NCBI RefSeq assembly: GCF_006345805.1
Contig: NC_043003.1
Coordinates: 69,378,001 to 69,442,000, forward strand
From: Octopus sinensis
Taxonomy: Eukaryota
Reading direction: 5' to 3'
DNA length: 64,000 nucleotides
A program made the translations under genes and the position numbers. Shown here in pieces: positions 1 through 13,664 of the stretch. The number at the start of each line of letters is the position of its first letter. The first letter of the stretch is position 1. Below the pieces are notes generated by a model that was not told where the DNA came from, ran no database searches, and was given only the letters and a program-made list of their open reading frames with translations.

Positions 1-75
1 ATAATTTTCTCATTTAAGAATAATAGATTTGTACTCCACAAAGTATAGAGCAATCCATCAGATTAATGTAGAATT

Positions 76-230
76 CAGTTCTATATTTAAGAGACGAGGA
101 ATTATGTACATTATTTACTTTATTTATATATAACGGATATTTGTCATCATCTTGCCCACAGGCATAAGGCATAGTGGTTAAGAGCGCAGGCTACTAACCC
201 CAAGATTCCGAGTTCGATTCCAGGCAATGA

Positions 231-295
<65 letters not shown>

Positions 296-434
296 TTGAA
301 AAATACCTTAGGAATGAGAACCCAGGTTCAAAATTTTCCCCAAGACACCTGATGAAGGTTGGAGGGTATATCAGCCGAAACGTGTTAACAACAAACAAGA
401 TGAGGACAAATATCCGTCAAATGTAGATAATGTA
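76..434. mobile_element. Family A fold-back element: tRNA-like head, (AAT)n, hammerhead-bearing Penelope-like repeat
   Basis: tRNA-like head 160-233, CTGATGA at 349 and GAAA at 377, short inverted arm plus tail at 76-155, TSD TAATGTAGAATT at 64-75 and 433-444. Confidence 0.8.
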
Positions 435-782
435 ATGTAGAATTGTTTCTATTATAACTGAACATTAAGTTTAGTTTAATCCTCAGTCAAGCTCTAATTG
501 CTAAAACTGAGGGAGAGAGAGAGGAGAAAGAAAGAGAGAAGAAATATTTTCTTTTATGATTTGCTTTGCTATCAGTCTTTATTCTCATGGCATCTACTTT
601 TATCTAAGATATCAGTCATGTAATGATCTCGTTTGTGGCCACAAATTCATGAAGAAGGGGACACGGTGTATTAAACAAACTCATCCCACTGTTGGTACTC
701 ATTTCATTGATGCAGAGCACTATGCCACTTGGTAAGATCTTGCTCAAGATCACTCGCTGTGGTGTAGTGCTATACTCCAGAG

Positions 783-1517
783 CAGTGCTTCTCAAACTAT
801 CTGACGTGGCATAACCGGCAGTTTTTTTTTTTTTCAATGTGCCAGGGACCGATAATATTTCTTAGTAATATTAATTTCTGATGACAGTACCGCCTGATTG
901 GCACTCATGTGCCAGTGGAACGTTAAAAGCACATTCAAGCGTGATCATTGCTAGGGCCATGGATTGGCTCCTGTGCTTGGTGATACGTGAAAAGCACCAT
1001 TCGAGCGTAATCGTTGCCAGTGTCGTCTTACCAGCATATGTGCCGGTGACATGTGAAAAACAACATTCGAGCATGGTCATTGCCAGTGCCGCCTGACTGA
1101 CTCCCGTGCAAGTAGCACATAAAAAACACATTTTGAGCGTGGTTGTTGCCAGAACTGCCTGACTGGCCCTCGTGCTGGTGGCACGTAAAAGCACCCACTA
1201 CACTCTCTGAGTGGTTGGCATTAGGAAAGGCATCCAGCTGTAGAAATAAACTTTGCCAGATCAGATTGAACCTGGTGCAGCCTTCTAGCTCACCAGTCCT
1301 CAGTCAAACCATCCAACCCATGCCAGCATGGAAAGCAGATGTTAAACGATGATGATGATGAATATAATAAAAGTTAACTTTTTTTTTTTATCTTATATTT
1401 ATCTTGTAAACAAATAATACAATATTACATAAGCATTTTATAATGTTTCTTTTCTGAAAACTCGCCACGTACTGAGAGCTGATGACTCGTGGACCAGCAC
1501 CGCTCAACAGACCACTG
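783..1517. mobile_element. hAT-type MITE with nested RTE-tailed repeat
   Basis: CAGTG...CACTG ends; 8-bp TSD CTCCAGAG (775-782) / CTCTAGAG (1518-1525). Confidence 0.65.
880..1362 (+). mobile_element. RTE-tailed repeat ending in (GAT)n; most abundant family in the window
   Basis: ttaggaa(a)gggcatccagctgtagaaa...ccatgccagcatggaaagcagatgttaaacgatgatg; further copies near 9520, 13850, 17900, 21330, 23330, 24525, 25470, 26160, 36300, 39505, 40720, 49790, 52945, 58100. Confidence 0.8.
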
Positions 1518-1539
1518 CTCTAGAGTACTTAGAGTCATA

Positions 1540-1735
1540 AATGTTCAGAGAAGCTAAAGAGAGGAAGGCTGCATGCAAAGACAGAGTCCCACCTGGTTTT
1601 GATTCTGTTATTACATGACGGACCCCACAACTGGAACTGTGGGTTTTGTGTCGATTTGGACTAATTGGCCACCTCAGGATACACAAAGATTAAAGCTGCT
1701 AATCTAGTCATCTTCACAAAGGATGAACATCATTT
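1540..1735 (+). mobile_element. RTE LINE 3'-end fragment
   Basis: Translates ...RFGLIGHLRIHKD*, like the C-terminal C2H2 region of RTE ORFs. Confidence 0.5.
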
Positions 1736-2431
1736 CACTGAGCCCCAACCCCTAAAAGGGACATCCCCCTATTTAATATCACTGCCTGGCCCTTTAGGTT
1801 GCCTTTAGCAGAATCTACTCTATTGCTAGATTTCAAGACAGATCTCTGGTTTCAGAAACCCTGAAAAAAAAATTGGTAGGTGATGCCCTTACACTTAAGA
1901 AAAATTTAAATAAAACACTGAGGGTGGAATGAAATAGAATCCTTATCACAGCAGAGTTTTTTTTTTTTTTTTTTTGGGTAAGCAAAAACAGCATTTCATC
2001 TGGCGCAATAACAAATCTGCCAGTTCACTGCCTTTGATAGTATTAATAAAAGACTGTTTCTCAAATTTTAAGAGTGAAAAAAATTCATATAATAAAGATT
2101 TCATCAATTCACTGAGGCCTTCACATGAAAATCTTCAAAATAATGAATTTCAAGTTGTGTGTTTATGTGGGTAAAAACAGAAAATCTGCAACATTATGAA
2201 AACCAGAGACACAGAGACTGACAATATACATTTTTTTTTTCTCAAGATGTATATTATTATATTTATGTATCCTCCACACAAAAGAAATCAGATTTGTCAT
2301 GTTTTAATTAATTTGGAGAAATCAGTTTTATTTCTTCTTTGTAACCTAATGCAGTCTATCACCATTTTTCAAACATATTTTCTCCATTTTGAACCACATT
2401 CCATAAATTTCTTACATTCCTATAGTTTATT

Positions 2432-2870
2432 TTGTTGTATCTTGGGAGGGTCATTGTGCCAATAATAAACACATTCACTGGTTCTATTCCACTTTATTTT
2501 TATTAATCAACTGGTTAACTATTTAACCAATTAACTCATTGATTGTTTGGTTAATCATTCATCAATCGATCAATCCTCTAGGTTTGTCAAAGTCCTAAGG
2601 CTCCATTCACAATGGCATCAATGATATGTCCTCTCAACACCAGCTCTGCTGTCATGAGTAACAATGAAAGGACTTTGACAAATCTAGCTAACTGATTAGC
2701 TGACTGAACAATTAATCAGTTAAATGATTAACCAACCAACAAATAAAAATATAAAGAAGTGAAATAAAACCAGTGTCAGCATGTGTCTATCGTTGGCATT
2801 ATGATCTTCCCAAAATACAAAAAAATGTTTCAACACATGAATTCACAATAAGAATCTTGCAAGCCAAACA
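2432..2870. mobile_element. Family C fold-back element with one-sided tail and decayed hammerhead-like motif
   Basis: Inverted arms ttgtatcttgggagggtcat.../...atgatcttcccaaaatacaa; tail tgtttcaacacatgaattcaca is shared with family B. Confidence 0.6.
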
Positions 2871-3251
2871 CAAAAACTTCATTTTTGTATATTTCTCTAA
2901 AACATTTTTTTAAATAATATTTTGTTGTGTAAAATAGTGAAGTAAATTTATAACCCTTAGGTGGTTGTTTTCCCCAGTTGCCTTCAGAAACTTCCTTCAA
3001 GTATACCACATTCTTTATTTTCCTCTCTCTCTTTCTCTACAAATCTTATATCTTTGTAAATGTCCATGTAAAAACAATTTTTTCATTGCTATTCATTTCA
3101 TCACTTATTTACATGCATTCATCAATAACTTTTATATTGCTTTGTTTGTTTGATAACCTATTTCATGTTTTTTTTTAAAATTTAGCTTCTGTTTGTCCAA
3201 TGTTAGAATTTATAAATAATAATAATAATAATAATATATAGCTTAAATATA

Positions 3252-3708
3252 CATCTGTCTTCGTTTATCTTGGAGTTTTGGTTCCAAAACAAACACAATG
3301 ATAAATGATTCCTCTCCATGTACTTGGTAAATGGAGCAATTCTTAGATTCACTGGTGCTAAACTCGCAGCTCACAATGGCCCACAGCAGCAAAGCATCTA
3401 CACTGTTTATGAAGATCAGGTGCCTCTTCATATTTTTTCCGTTCACTGGTTCCATGTTGAGGAGACCGAGTATGTAAATCTCAAAGCACAATCGCATAAA
3501 CACAAGCGATAATCAGTGCATTGTGGGTAGCATAGCATTGTGGGTAATCGCTGGAGCATGGTTTTGCAACTTTGCTGTATGAGCAGAATCTTCAACTGCT
3601 CACTGAACAGTGTTATCACAGATCAATCCATGATAAATGAAACATGGTTCACAATTGTTATGCAGTGTTATCAGTGATGAAAGAATCAGTGATAAACGAG
3701 GCTATATG
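3252..3708. mobile_element. Decayed pogo/Tigger-like MITE
   Basis: TA-flanked imperfect TIRs catctgtcttcgtttatc / gataaacgaggctatatg (14 of 18 match). Confidence 0.45.
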
Positions 3709-6155
3709 TATTTTATGTACATCAATAAGCAAAATTATTTTCTACACACCAGTCAACAAAACTTTAACATTCAAACGTAACATTTTTTTTTTACATTTTT
3801 TTAAAAACAGTAATGAAATATGTAAATCCATTTAATTAATAATTTTTTCATTTTATATATATATATATTAAAAAAAACTTAAATTCTAATATTCTAACAT
3901 TATACAAGAAATAGCCTATAAAATTTGTTTAAGTAAAAGTGAGATATTTATAATTAAAATGTTATTTTTTCTATATCAATGTTTGCCTTCCGAAACCAAA
4001 TTGGAACTGAAGTTATTTCTATATATGGTCAACTGTAACAAAATAAAAAAATATATTCAGTAATCTTTGTATGTTGATTTATATTGTTTTGTTCATTTTT
4101 GATGACTGTTGCTATGTTTCATAACTAACCCAAGGGTAGGAAATGATTTTCTTTGAATAGAAGGGCTGTGTTGTAAGAAATATACTTAACCACATGATTA
4201 GGACACCTTAGGCAAGTGTCTTCTACTCCAGCCACAGGCCAATCAAAGTCTTGTGAGAGGGTTAGGTTAGGATAGATGGAAACTGAAAGAAGCCCATTGT
4301 ATTTACATATATTTATATAGGTGCTTTGTGTGTTACTCTCTCCCTACCTTGACATCACATGATAGTTGTGAGTGGGTGTTACTGTCAAACAAGCAGCGTC
4401 ATTTGTTTTCAACATGTCTGGTCAAGAGGAAGTATTACCTTATTTGGAAACAGGTAAGGGTTGGTGATAGGAAGGGCCCCCATCTGTAGAAAATTTGCCT
4501 CAATGAACTCCATCCGACCCGTGCAGGCATGGAAAAGTGCATGTCAATGATGATAACGATGAAATAGTGATAGAAAAATCCAACTGAGAGCGAAATAAAA
4601 TAGTAATGTAAAACAATGTGAAAGCGGAAAGAAAATTACTCCAATCACAAAAAATAATTAAGTATAAAATTTATTGCTGTTAAAATATATATTTACATTT
4701 TATTATGAAAAATTGGCATAGAAAAGGACAGTGCCTAATATTTGATTTTTGTTATGTCTGTGTACAAATATGTACATGCGTAGAATAAAATATTTTGTAC
4801 AAAATATACAGTTGTTATATGTCTATATTAGTGAAATGATTTAACATTAGAAGTTTTGAAAACTATTAACCACATGTGTTTTTGTCAAATAGAGACATGT
4901 GTGTAGAAAATTTATGGCTAACAGCCTGGGAAACATTTATGTACATTTGTTGTTATCGTAAAGAATTACCAATAAGATTTACAGAGAATATAAGAATTTA
5001 GATAAACAAGATGTTAAATGCAATATTGATTGCTAGCATATGCAAAAGGCCATAAATTTAGAGGGAGGGGATCAACCCATTGATTCTTGTATTTGGCAAA
5101 GTATTTATTTTATCAATGGTAAAAGGATACAAGGCAAAAATCAAGCAAGGTTGTTTCCTGTCTTCTGTGAAAACCATGACTGGCTACAAGGAAATATTAC
5201 CTTAATTGGAAAAAGGTGATGGTTGATGAGAAGAAGAACAGCCAGCTGTAGAAAATGACCCTCAACAAATTTTGTTTGCCCCCATGTGTGCATAGAAAAG
5301 TAGACACTAAACGTAGATGTGACTATAGAGGGTCACAATTAGATACCACAATGCCTTATCACTTGTGCCAATTCACTACATTTGAGCTGTCAAACACAAT
5401 CCCTGGTGGAGCAATGAATATAAATTTTAAGATATTTTAATCAGTGAAAGAAATTTATTTTTTATGTGGAGTGTGTTTGTGTGTACAGGTAAGTGCAGGT
5501 GTATGATTGTCCGTTGTCTGAGAAAGAGAAAAATGTGAAAGATTCAGTGGATGGGAACGACTGTCTTTTTTTTTTGTTCTATACAGAAGTAAAAACTTTG
5601 CCCACTCCATTGAGGAGTCTTGTGAGTGCTTGGTGACATCACCAGTGCTAGTGCCATATAAGATAAAAGGTACCCATATACTCCATAAAGTGATTGGCAT
5701 TAGGAAGAGCATCCAGCTGTAGAAACTATAATTGAAGTAGACGCTAGAGCACAGTGCAGCCCTCTGGATTGTTGGTTCTTATTGAACTATTCAACCCATA
5801 ACCATATAATCAGGATAATGATGTATAGAAGACTATGGTCCCAAAACATGGAATGCATTGCTATTAGATTTCAGGAAGAGTTTCACAAATCAAAATTTGT
5901 TTTCTTCAGTAATTCAAAAAACTACTTTTTTAAAATGTTAAAATATTTTAACAATTCTAATAATATTCACAGCTTTATTCTAGAGCCATTCCGATATTAA
6001 CAGGGGCAGAACTTAAAACAAATGTGATGACTATGCATACATTTACCCCTGTCAAAACTGGTGTGACTTCATATAATTGCTTCTGTATTTCCCCATCTTG
6101 CAGGTTTTGCAAAATGAAATATTTATTCACTTTACTTTAAAGAAGATTGCTTTAA

Positions 6156-6378
6156 CCCTTTCATTACTGTATTTCTGTTGATATACTCTGGGGTTTCTTT
6201 CAATTAATTTTAAATATAACAAAGAATTTAGTAAAATTACTTAGTTATCATTAAGCTAGTGTTAGGAACATAAATTGTTACTAAGATTTGGTGGAAGATT
6301 TTAATTCAGAACTTATACAAACAAGACATTTGTACCACAGAGCCAGTGGTGGTTTCAGCCAGGTTGATATCAAAAGGG
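6156..6378. mobile_element. piggyBac-like MITE
   Basis: TTAA-CCCTTT...AAAGGG-TTAA; same family at 24130 and 35196. Confidence 0.8.
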
Positions 6379-6989
6379 TTAAATATCAGTTGCATCCAAA
6401 ACTGCACAACCTGAGTTTGGGGAAAAAAGCCTAAAAAAATTCACTTCATTTCCAAAATGCCAAATATATAGTAATATGCTTTGTCAATTGCACAGAATGC
6501 TCCTTCTCTATCTCTCTCAAATGCTTTATATCTATATACACACACACACAGAGTGTGTGTGTGAGAGAGAGAGATTTCTGGCAAGGACACAATATTTAGC
6601 TTTGCAACCATAATATATTACCAAGTATGTTAAAAGGTTTACAAGTCAATATTGCATCTTAGCTTGTGTGCAGTGTGCTCATTTTAAAGTTTATCTCTTT
6701 GGATTTCCTACAGATATTTAGAGTAAACAATGCAACTGAAGATAAGAAAAATGGCTAACAGGTGCAGGTGTATATGCAGGTTTCAAAAGTTCTTGCACTT
6801 TCATGATGGGTTGGATGTGGTGCTGATGAAAGTACAATAACTCTTGAAATATGCATAGACACCCATTACTGAGTTTTCTGTCTTCCACTGCCTTATTTAC
6901 CTAGGCATATTCATTTACAAAACATTGTAACATGCAGTGCTAGCTCTGAATTCTATAGGAAACCGATAGAAACAAACAACAAAAGTGTA

Positions 6990-7020
<31 letters not shown>

Positions 7021-7930
7021 TATATATATATATATAATATATATATATATATACATACATACACACACACACACAATTTATCTTAGTTATCTTAGATACT
7101 TATGGATAAATTTAGAACCTATTTCTGTCCTAAGCAAAATCTATTTTGTTTTGGGGATTTTTAAATTACAAAAATAAAATTTCTAAGAGCCTAGGGTGAA
7201 CAAATTTCATTCTATTTGTAGTTGTTATAAACCATAACTAAAATGTTACAGACTGAAAAACAATCAGTTTACATTGAGATAAAGAATAAAAAATATATTC
7301 TTAAAACTAAAACTTAAAACACAAATTAGAGCTAAAATGTTTGAATGTTCATCAATATTAGTGATCCATTTCTAAAACATTTTCACTGATATGATTATCC
7401 AGTTCTCTTCACATTTCTCTCATCTATACTTAAAATATTTTGCAATTATTCAGGCATGTTAATAAAATACGATGTGGTTAGGACCATTTTAAATTTGGAA
7501 ACCTAAGGTTATGTACTGTGTTCTGTCTTTAGCAAAAATTGATTCAGCACCAACGCTATGCTCTATGTTTGGCTCAAGGATATATCATGGTGGTACTACA
7601 AAGGTTAAAACGCTTCTATGGCAACAGAAACTCTTCCTTTATGAGTCTGGTCAGTACATGTTTAAGTCTGATAATGATGACCCACTGTACAGCATTCAGA
7701 TAATTAAATCTGTAACCATACAGGGTTCTTTGCCTCTACAATTCTTACTCATTTAACTAAATAAGTTCCCTAACATCAAACTGTAAGCCATGATGAATAT
7801 CAATGATGTCTCTAATAAGGAAGTCTCACAGTAAAAGCATAAAACCATGGACAGTCAAACTCCTATGTGGTTCTTTGCCTCCAGAAATTATATACCTATG
7901 AATAATCAACTTCTCATAGAGCTGCTAGAC

Positions 7931-8374
7931 CAGTGGTTCTCAACTGGAATCCATATGACCCTAGGGGGTGCAGGTCCATATGATTCTTGGGAAGTCCATA
8001 TTACCTTTGGGGATCTATATGATCCTTGGCGGTCCATATGATGTTGGGGAGGGCCCATAAGATCTTTGGGGAGGGTCCATATGACTTTTGGAGATCCATA
8101 TTATTCTTGGAGCTTCATATGACCGTTGTGGGGGTGGGCATATGATCATTGGAGTCTGTATAAGATTTTGTTGCTAAAATTTATGAGCAATAAATTGGTT
8201 CTACTTGCACCATACACGAAATATTTTAACATTTTTTTTAATATATAAAATCCCTGATAATATTTAATAATAAAAATAGGATTTTTTTAAAAACATTGAA
8301 TTGATATGAGGATTTAACTGAGCCAAATAAGAATCAAAGGGGGTCCACAGGTTAAAGACGGTTGAGAACTTCTG
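7931..8374. mobile_element. hAT (Charlie-like) MITE with internal ~22-bp tandem repeat
   Basis: CAGTGGTTCTCAAC / GTTGAGAACTTCTG TIRs; 8-bp TSD TGCTAGAC / TGCTAGAT. Confidence 0.8.
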
Positions 8375-9007
8375 TGCTAGATTCTCAGAGTGGATCATCA
8401 AACACAGCAAATACATCAAACCTGCAACTCTACCACTTGAAGGTTGTAAGCACGAAAAAAGACTTTAATGATGCCCTCAATAAACAATAGAATTGCAGTC
8501 AGCATGAGGAAACAAAAGTTAAAAATTTTTAATCTCATTCAACGTGGAATCTATATTCTCTGTAGCTCTTCAGAAAATGAAACTTTAAAAATTTGTGGCA
8601 TCAACAGATGAAATTCTTTGAAAGAATTCCTCAATAACTTCTGTGTAGAGTTCATGTTTACAGACCAAAGTCACAGTCACCCGTCTTCTGGTAAAAGTTT
8701 AATAAACATGTACTCAACGAAGAAGAAATATTGTGTAATTCTTCAGCTCAATGTAAAATTGTTTTCATTACAACTTGTAATAAACAACAGAATACCTCTG
8801 TCCCTACACGAGTGCTTTTGTAACACACAGAGCGTGTGTAAAAATAGGTGGTTCAATGTATGGATGGAAATCTAGGGCCGTACAAAATGAGAAGGGGCAT
8901 TCAGAGTTATTAATCCATGTAATAAGTAGTTTTCGGAGTTGGGATATTTATGGAAGAGAGAGGTTATGTTGTCATAAATAAGAGAGGTTCTTATGGGTAA
9001 GACTCAC

Positions 9008-9108
9008 TTATCCAAGGAGGATATCATTATTATATATGGCTGGACTTTCATTAAAAGTGGAGAGATAGTCAAACGATGGAGTACCAGCCCACGTCTTCCG
9101 GCGTTCAA
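9008..9108 (-). CDS. Terminal coding exon (VERRKTWAGTPSFDYLSTFNESPAIYNNDILLG*)
   Basis: Long polypyrimidine tract plus tttcag acceptor, phase 1 matches the 17452 donor, ends in TAA. Confidence 0.8.
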
Positions 9109-9251
9109 CTGAAAGAGGAAAAAAAAAAAAAGAAAAGTAAATAAATAAATTTAAGAATTGACATTCACATTCCAAAATATGTTTTTGCTTGTAACATCAT
9201 ATAAACAAATGAGCAACAGAGTAATAACATCAACATTGATATATTTAGCAA

Positions 9252-9396
9252 CCACAATATACTGCTAAGTATATCAAAGGCTTTATAAGTCAACACTGTG
9301 TCCTACCTGTGTTAGCAGTGCAATTAAATCGCACAGCTAACACAGGTAGGACACAGTCTTGACTTATGAGTCTTTAATATACTTGGTATATTGTGG
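9252..9396. repeat. Inverted repeat (about 70-bp arms)
   Basis: ctgtgtcctacctgtgttagc / gctaacacaggtaggacacag core; a related single arm lies near 6600-6680. Confidence 0.85.
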
Positions 9397-9860
9397 ATGG
9401 ATAATAAAATATGGGGTCCTTACCATCAATTAATATGTGTAGCATAAATATTAATATGCACAGACACCTGCATACAAATACATCTGTGTGTGTGTATATA
9501 TGTGGGGGGAGGGGTATGTCTAGCTGTAGAAACCATGTTGAAGTAGATTGGAACCTGGTGCAGCTCTCCGGCTTGCCAGCTCTGGTCAAACCATCCAACC
9601 CATGCCAGCATAGAAAAAGGACATTAAATGATGATGATGATGATGATATATAACAAGCTCAAATATTCAAAAGCAGACTTTCAAATAAATTGATATTGAT
9701 TACTGTCACCACAAAGAAATACAAAATACTCAGTCAATGAATCTAAAAACATTCAAAAAGAAATGTTAAAGTTTATGGTAGATGCGGGGAGTGGGGGGGG
9801 GGTGTAGATGTTAAATGATGGTTTAAGAAAAATTAAATCAAAACAACAAAAAAAATATAC

Positions 9861-9891
9861 CGGAACCATCAAACAGCAGGATTTTGACAAA
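9861..9891 (-). CDS. Candidate 31-nt cassette exon introducing a stop (VCQNPAV*)
   Basis: ttattccag acceptor, gtatat donor followed by U-rich sequence, TGCATG about 80 nt upstream on the minus strand. Confidence 0.35.
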
Positions 9892-11239
9892 CTGGAATAA
9901 GACTAGTATTAATGATAAGACAAACAAAACAGTGCATCATGTGCAGTGTGCGGTGTAAGGATGTTTCATGCAGCAACACCAACTGGAAACAATGTAGACA
10001 CAATCTGAAACCTTTTCTGAAGTAATAAATCATTTGAAGATAAATGAAAAACTTACAAGTTTTGTGATGTCAATGCAAACAGCTGCTTTGTGTGACAAGA
10101 TCTCATTTAAAGCAACTATTTTATAAAAAAGCAGATGGCTTCAAGTTTCTCTGTCAACTTTTCTGAGATGTCATTGTAAATTTTTAATTTATATTTTTTA
10201 AAGCAAATATCTTAGCTAGCATCCACTTTACTATTAAATTTTCATGAAACAGGTGTCCAGAGTAGTTGTAGCTAATCGTTCTTCTAGACTACTCACTGTT
10301 CATTCATTGAAAGCAGAGAAGTTACCCCTTCTAGTCACAAAATTCTAGCAGTGATACTGAAATAATAGTTTGCTGATGAAGTCTAATAAAATAAAATAAC
10401 ATGTCCACAGTCATCACCAATAAAACTAAAGATCAGGATCACTACCCAATGCATTCCATGTTTAATTTTTATTAATTCAAATTTCAGAGTTGTCTCACTT
10501 GAATATTTTTTTTACCAGGTTCATTAACTAAACATTGTAATTTAAGTTGATTAAAACCTTATTACATCAAGTATGCTAGCGTTCGCTTTATTGTTAGTGG
10601 GTGACATAATTTTCCCCAGTGATTTTAATTCAGTTGCTACCTAAGTCACTCAGTGTTAAGTATCCATAAATTAGTAATGCTTAATTAATCCATGAATTAA
10701 TAATGCTTAACCACCCTATATACACCATACTAGTCACACTCAATTTACTATATGTTGCTCTAGTCTCATTATATAAATGTACTATTCACTGCACTAGTCA
10801 TATCGCATGAATATACTGTACTAATATATACTACAATAAAATGGCAAGCAATCAGAACCATTAGCATGTCAGGCAAAATGCTTGGCAGCATTTCCTCTGA
10901 GTTCAAATCCCACAAATGTCAACTTAACTTTTCATCCCTGCAGGACCAATAAAGTATAGTGACAGTCAAGTACTGGGATCAATGAAATCAACTTGTCCCT
11001 TCCGTTCAAAATTGCTGGCCTTGAACTCTGCGATGGGCCAATGTACTGTTCAGAAGGACTGCTGTGATCTCAGTCACCTAGTCACCATGGAAACTGGGCA
11101 ACCAGCTTTATGAGTCCTAGGACCCAAGAAAATTCTTCGTAAATCACACTACATATCTGCAGAGAATACAGCACTAATCACACAATGTAGATGTACCAGT
11201 CACTTTATAGGAATGTACTACATGCTGTACTCATCACAC

Positions 11240-11700
11240 CTCCAATCCATCTTCTCCACTCATTATTCCTGGGAGTGTCATAGGTTTAGAATCCTCAAAC
11301 CCCTTCTCTGTAGGATCCTATCAGAAACAACCACCGTTTAACTTTCCAGCAGACTTCCCATGCATGTCCAACTGAAACTATAGATATTATCCAGCCATCT
11401 CATTCCTGGCCTGCCTCTAGGTCTCCTACTGGTTGGCTTGGCTTGGCTTGGCTTGGCTTGAAGAATCTGTCTTGCGATTCTTTCTTGCAACATTCTAATC
11501 ACATGTTTGTAGTACCAGGGTTGTGACCTCTCAATGTAGAGATAATGGCACAATCTAGAGAGACTCCCTGATCCCTGAGCTATGCACCCAGTAGAATAGA
11601 GTGAAATAGGAAATATTGAGATATTGTGAAATTGTGCCACATCAGCTTCATTAAGGTTCCAGCTGGATTCCCAAGAGCGACCAACAGAGATATTATCCAA
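11240..11700 (-). mobile_element. RTE-like LINE 3' fragment
   Basis: RIARQILQAKP...RRPRGRPGMRWLDNI, typical RTE C-terminus. Confidence 0.65.
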
Positions 11701-12344
11701 CCTCACTAAAAATGAATCTAATTGCAGGATTAAGGTCTAATCTTGATTTACCTTCACCAAAGCTCATTTTCAAAATACCCGAGTGACACATCATATCGCA
11801 TTGACGCAACTATGAACTACATATAAACTTACCTTAATTCAACTATGAACTATATATAAATTCACCTTAAATTCTATAATTAAACTGCCCAGGAGAGAAG
11901 TTACTAATCAGTGAAATTAAAATCTAAAATCAGTAAGTAATTAAACCTAATAATTAACTTATTACATTAATCATATCACATTCCCTATTGATTAAATTAA
12001 GAATAAACTGACATGATACCATTTTATTATAAATTAAAGTAACGAATGCTTTAATTGGTTGCACATAATATCTAATGAATACCACAGCTGAATAACTTTG
12101 CATTAAATGATTAGACATCAGCAAACTACGTTTGCAATTACATTTGTGATGAATGTTGTTTCATTAATAATCTAATTAGCCAGTAAACAATTTACATGTA
12201 GATATTTTTCAGTCATCTTGGTATGTTTTCAATCATTACTGTAAAATAATTCATTGCTTTTTAATCAATACATATACACACGTGTGTGTGTGCGCGCGCA
12301 TTTAACAGACAGAAACTGAAAGAAGCTGTTGCGTGCATGTGCGT

Positions 12345-12378
12345 GTATATATATATATACATACATACATACATATAC

Positions 12379-12456
<78 letters not shown>

Positions 12457-12467
12457 ATACATATATA
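12345..12467. repeat. (TA)n/(TACA)n microsatellite
   Basis: Read directly. Confidence 0.95.
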
Positions 12468-12925
12468 CGCATGTCTCAATGTGTCTTTGTGTTTATGTTT
12501 GTCCCCAACAATTGCTTGATAACCAGTGTTGGTTTGTTTACATCACCATAACTTAGTAGTTCAGCAAAATAAATACAGATAAAATAAGTACTAGGATCTA
12601 CAAAAAAAAAAAAAAGATGTACTGAGGTTAATATGTTTGACTAAGCCCAAAAAGGTATTGCTCCAGCATGGCCACAGTCCAATAACCGAAACAAGTAAAG
12701 AATATATATACAGGCAGAGACATGGCTGTGCGGTTAAGCAAATGGTCTCAGATTCAGTCCCACCACACAGCACCTTGCCCAAGTCTCTCTTTACATAAGA
12801 ATAAACTGTTGTTGACCGAGTATAGTCAACTAAAAAAGCACCCAAGGCTACTTTATTAGCTCTCTTAATTATACAGAAGGCAGAGCTGACCCAGGCAGAA
12901 TTTCAATAGAAAAAAAAATATACTT

Positions 12926-13547
12926 TTCTATATTTTGGGGATGAGGAATTATTTACATTATTTACAGTGGACAGATAGGTATCCTCATCTTGTTTGTTGT
13001 TATCACAATGTTTCGGCTGATGTACTCTCCAGCCTTCATTGGGTGTTCTTGGTGGAATTTCAAACCCAACCCTTTATTTGACTAATTGGGTACACTGTTC
13101 TCATTCCTAACATATGTTGCCAATGTTATTTTTCACTGCCTGGGATTGAACTTAGAATTTGAGGTTTAACAGCTTGGTGTGCCAACAAAGAGCTTATGAA
13201 GTATTTTGTATGCAGAGTGAAGCCACTTGACACAGATTGCATGTGCATTATGTTTTAACATTCTAGCTCACTTCCACTGTTTACAACAGTGCTTGGAAGG
13301 AAGGTGTGTAGCATGTGATTGGATTCTAAGTTCAATCTGAGGCAGGGACTTGAAAAATAATATTAACAGAAAAATAACATCAGCAACATACGTTAGGAAT
13401 GAGAACAGTGTACCCCGTTAGTCAAATAAAGGGTTGGGTTCAAAATTCCACTAGAACACCTGATGAAGGCAGGAGAGTACATCAGACGAAAGGTTGTGAT
13501 AACAACAAACAAGGTGAGGACAAATATCTGTCCATTGTAAATAATGT
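12926..13547. mobile_element. Family A, older subfamily, fold-back element with hammerhead motif
   Basis: Inverted arms about 12950-13130 and 13370-13547; CTGATGA at 13460, GAAA at 13488; decayed tRNA-like heads in the centre. Confidence 0.7.
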
Positions 13548-13628
13548 TAAAAAAAATATTTTTCAATGCAGATTAACTGCTTCGGCCCTTTTCAAAAGTT
13601 ACGAATAATTAGTGTGGGTACATGTGTA

Positions 13629-13664
<36 letters not shown>

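Noticed and set aside
160-233. tRNA gene
   Set aside because: Poor acceptor-stem pairing, no oligo-T terminator, and repeated as the head of a mobile family (also near 18330-18400, 31550-31620, 31698-31775, 41873-41946).
3243-3308. Homeodomain-like WFQNK peptide on the plus strand
   Set aside because: No helix-3 context or basic tail, stop follows five codons later, and it lies in a probable MITE end.
3318-3512. 64-aa plus-strand ORF
   Set aside because: Closed by a stop just upstream, no recognisable homology, inside a probable MITE.
7945-8150. CRISPR-like spaced repeats
   Set aside because: Degenerate ~22-bp tandem units without unique spacers inside a hAT MITE, in eukaryotic DNA.
10260-10390. 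Hammerhead-like remnant gctgatgaagtcta
   Set aside because: Too degenerate; no GAAA or stem pairing on the same arm.
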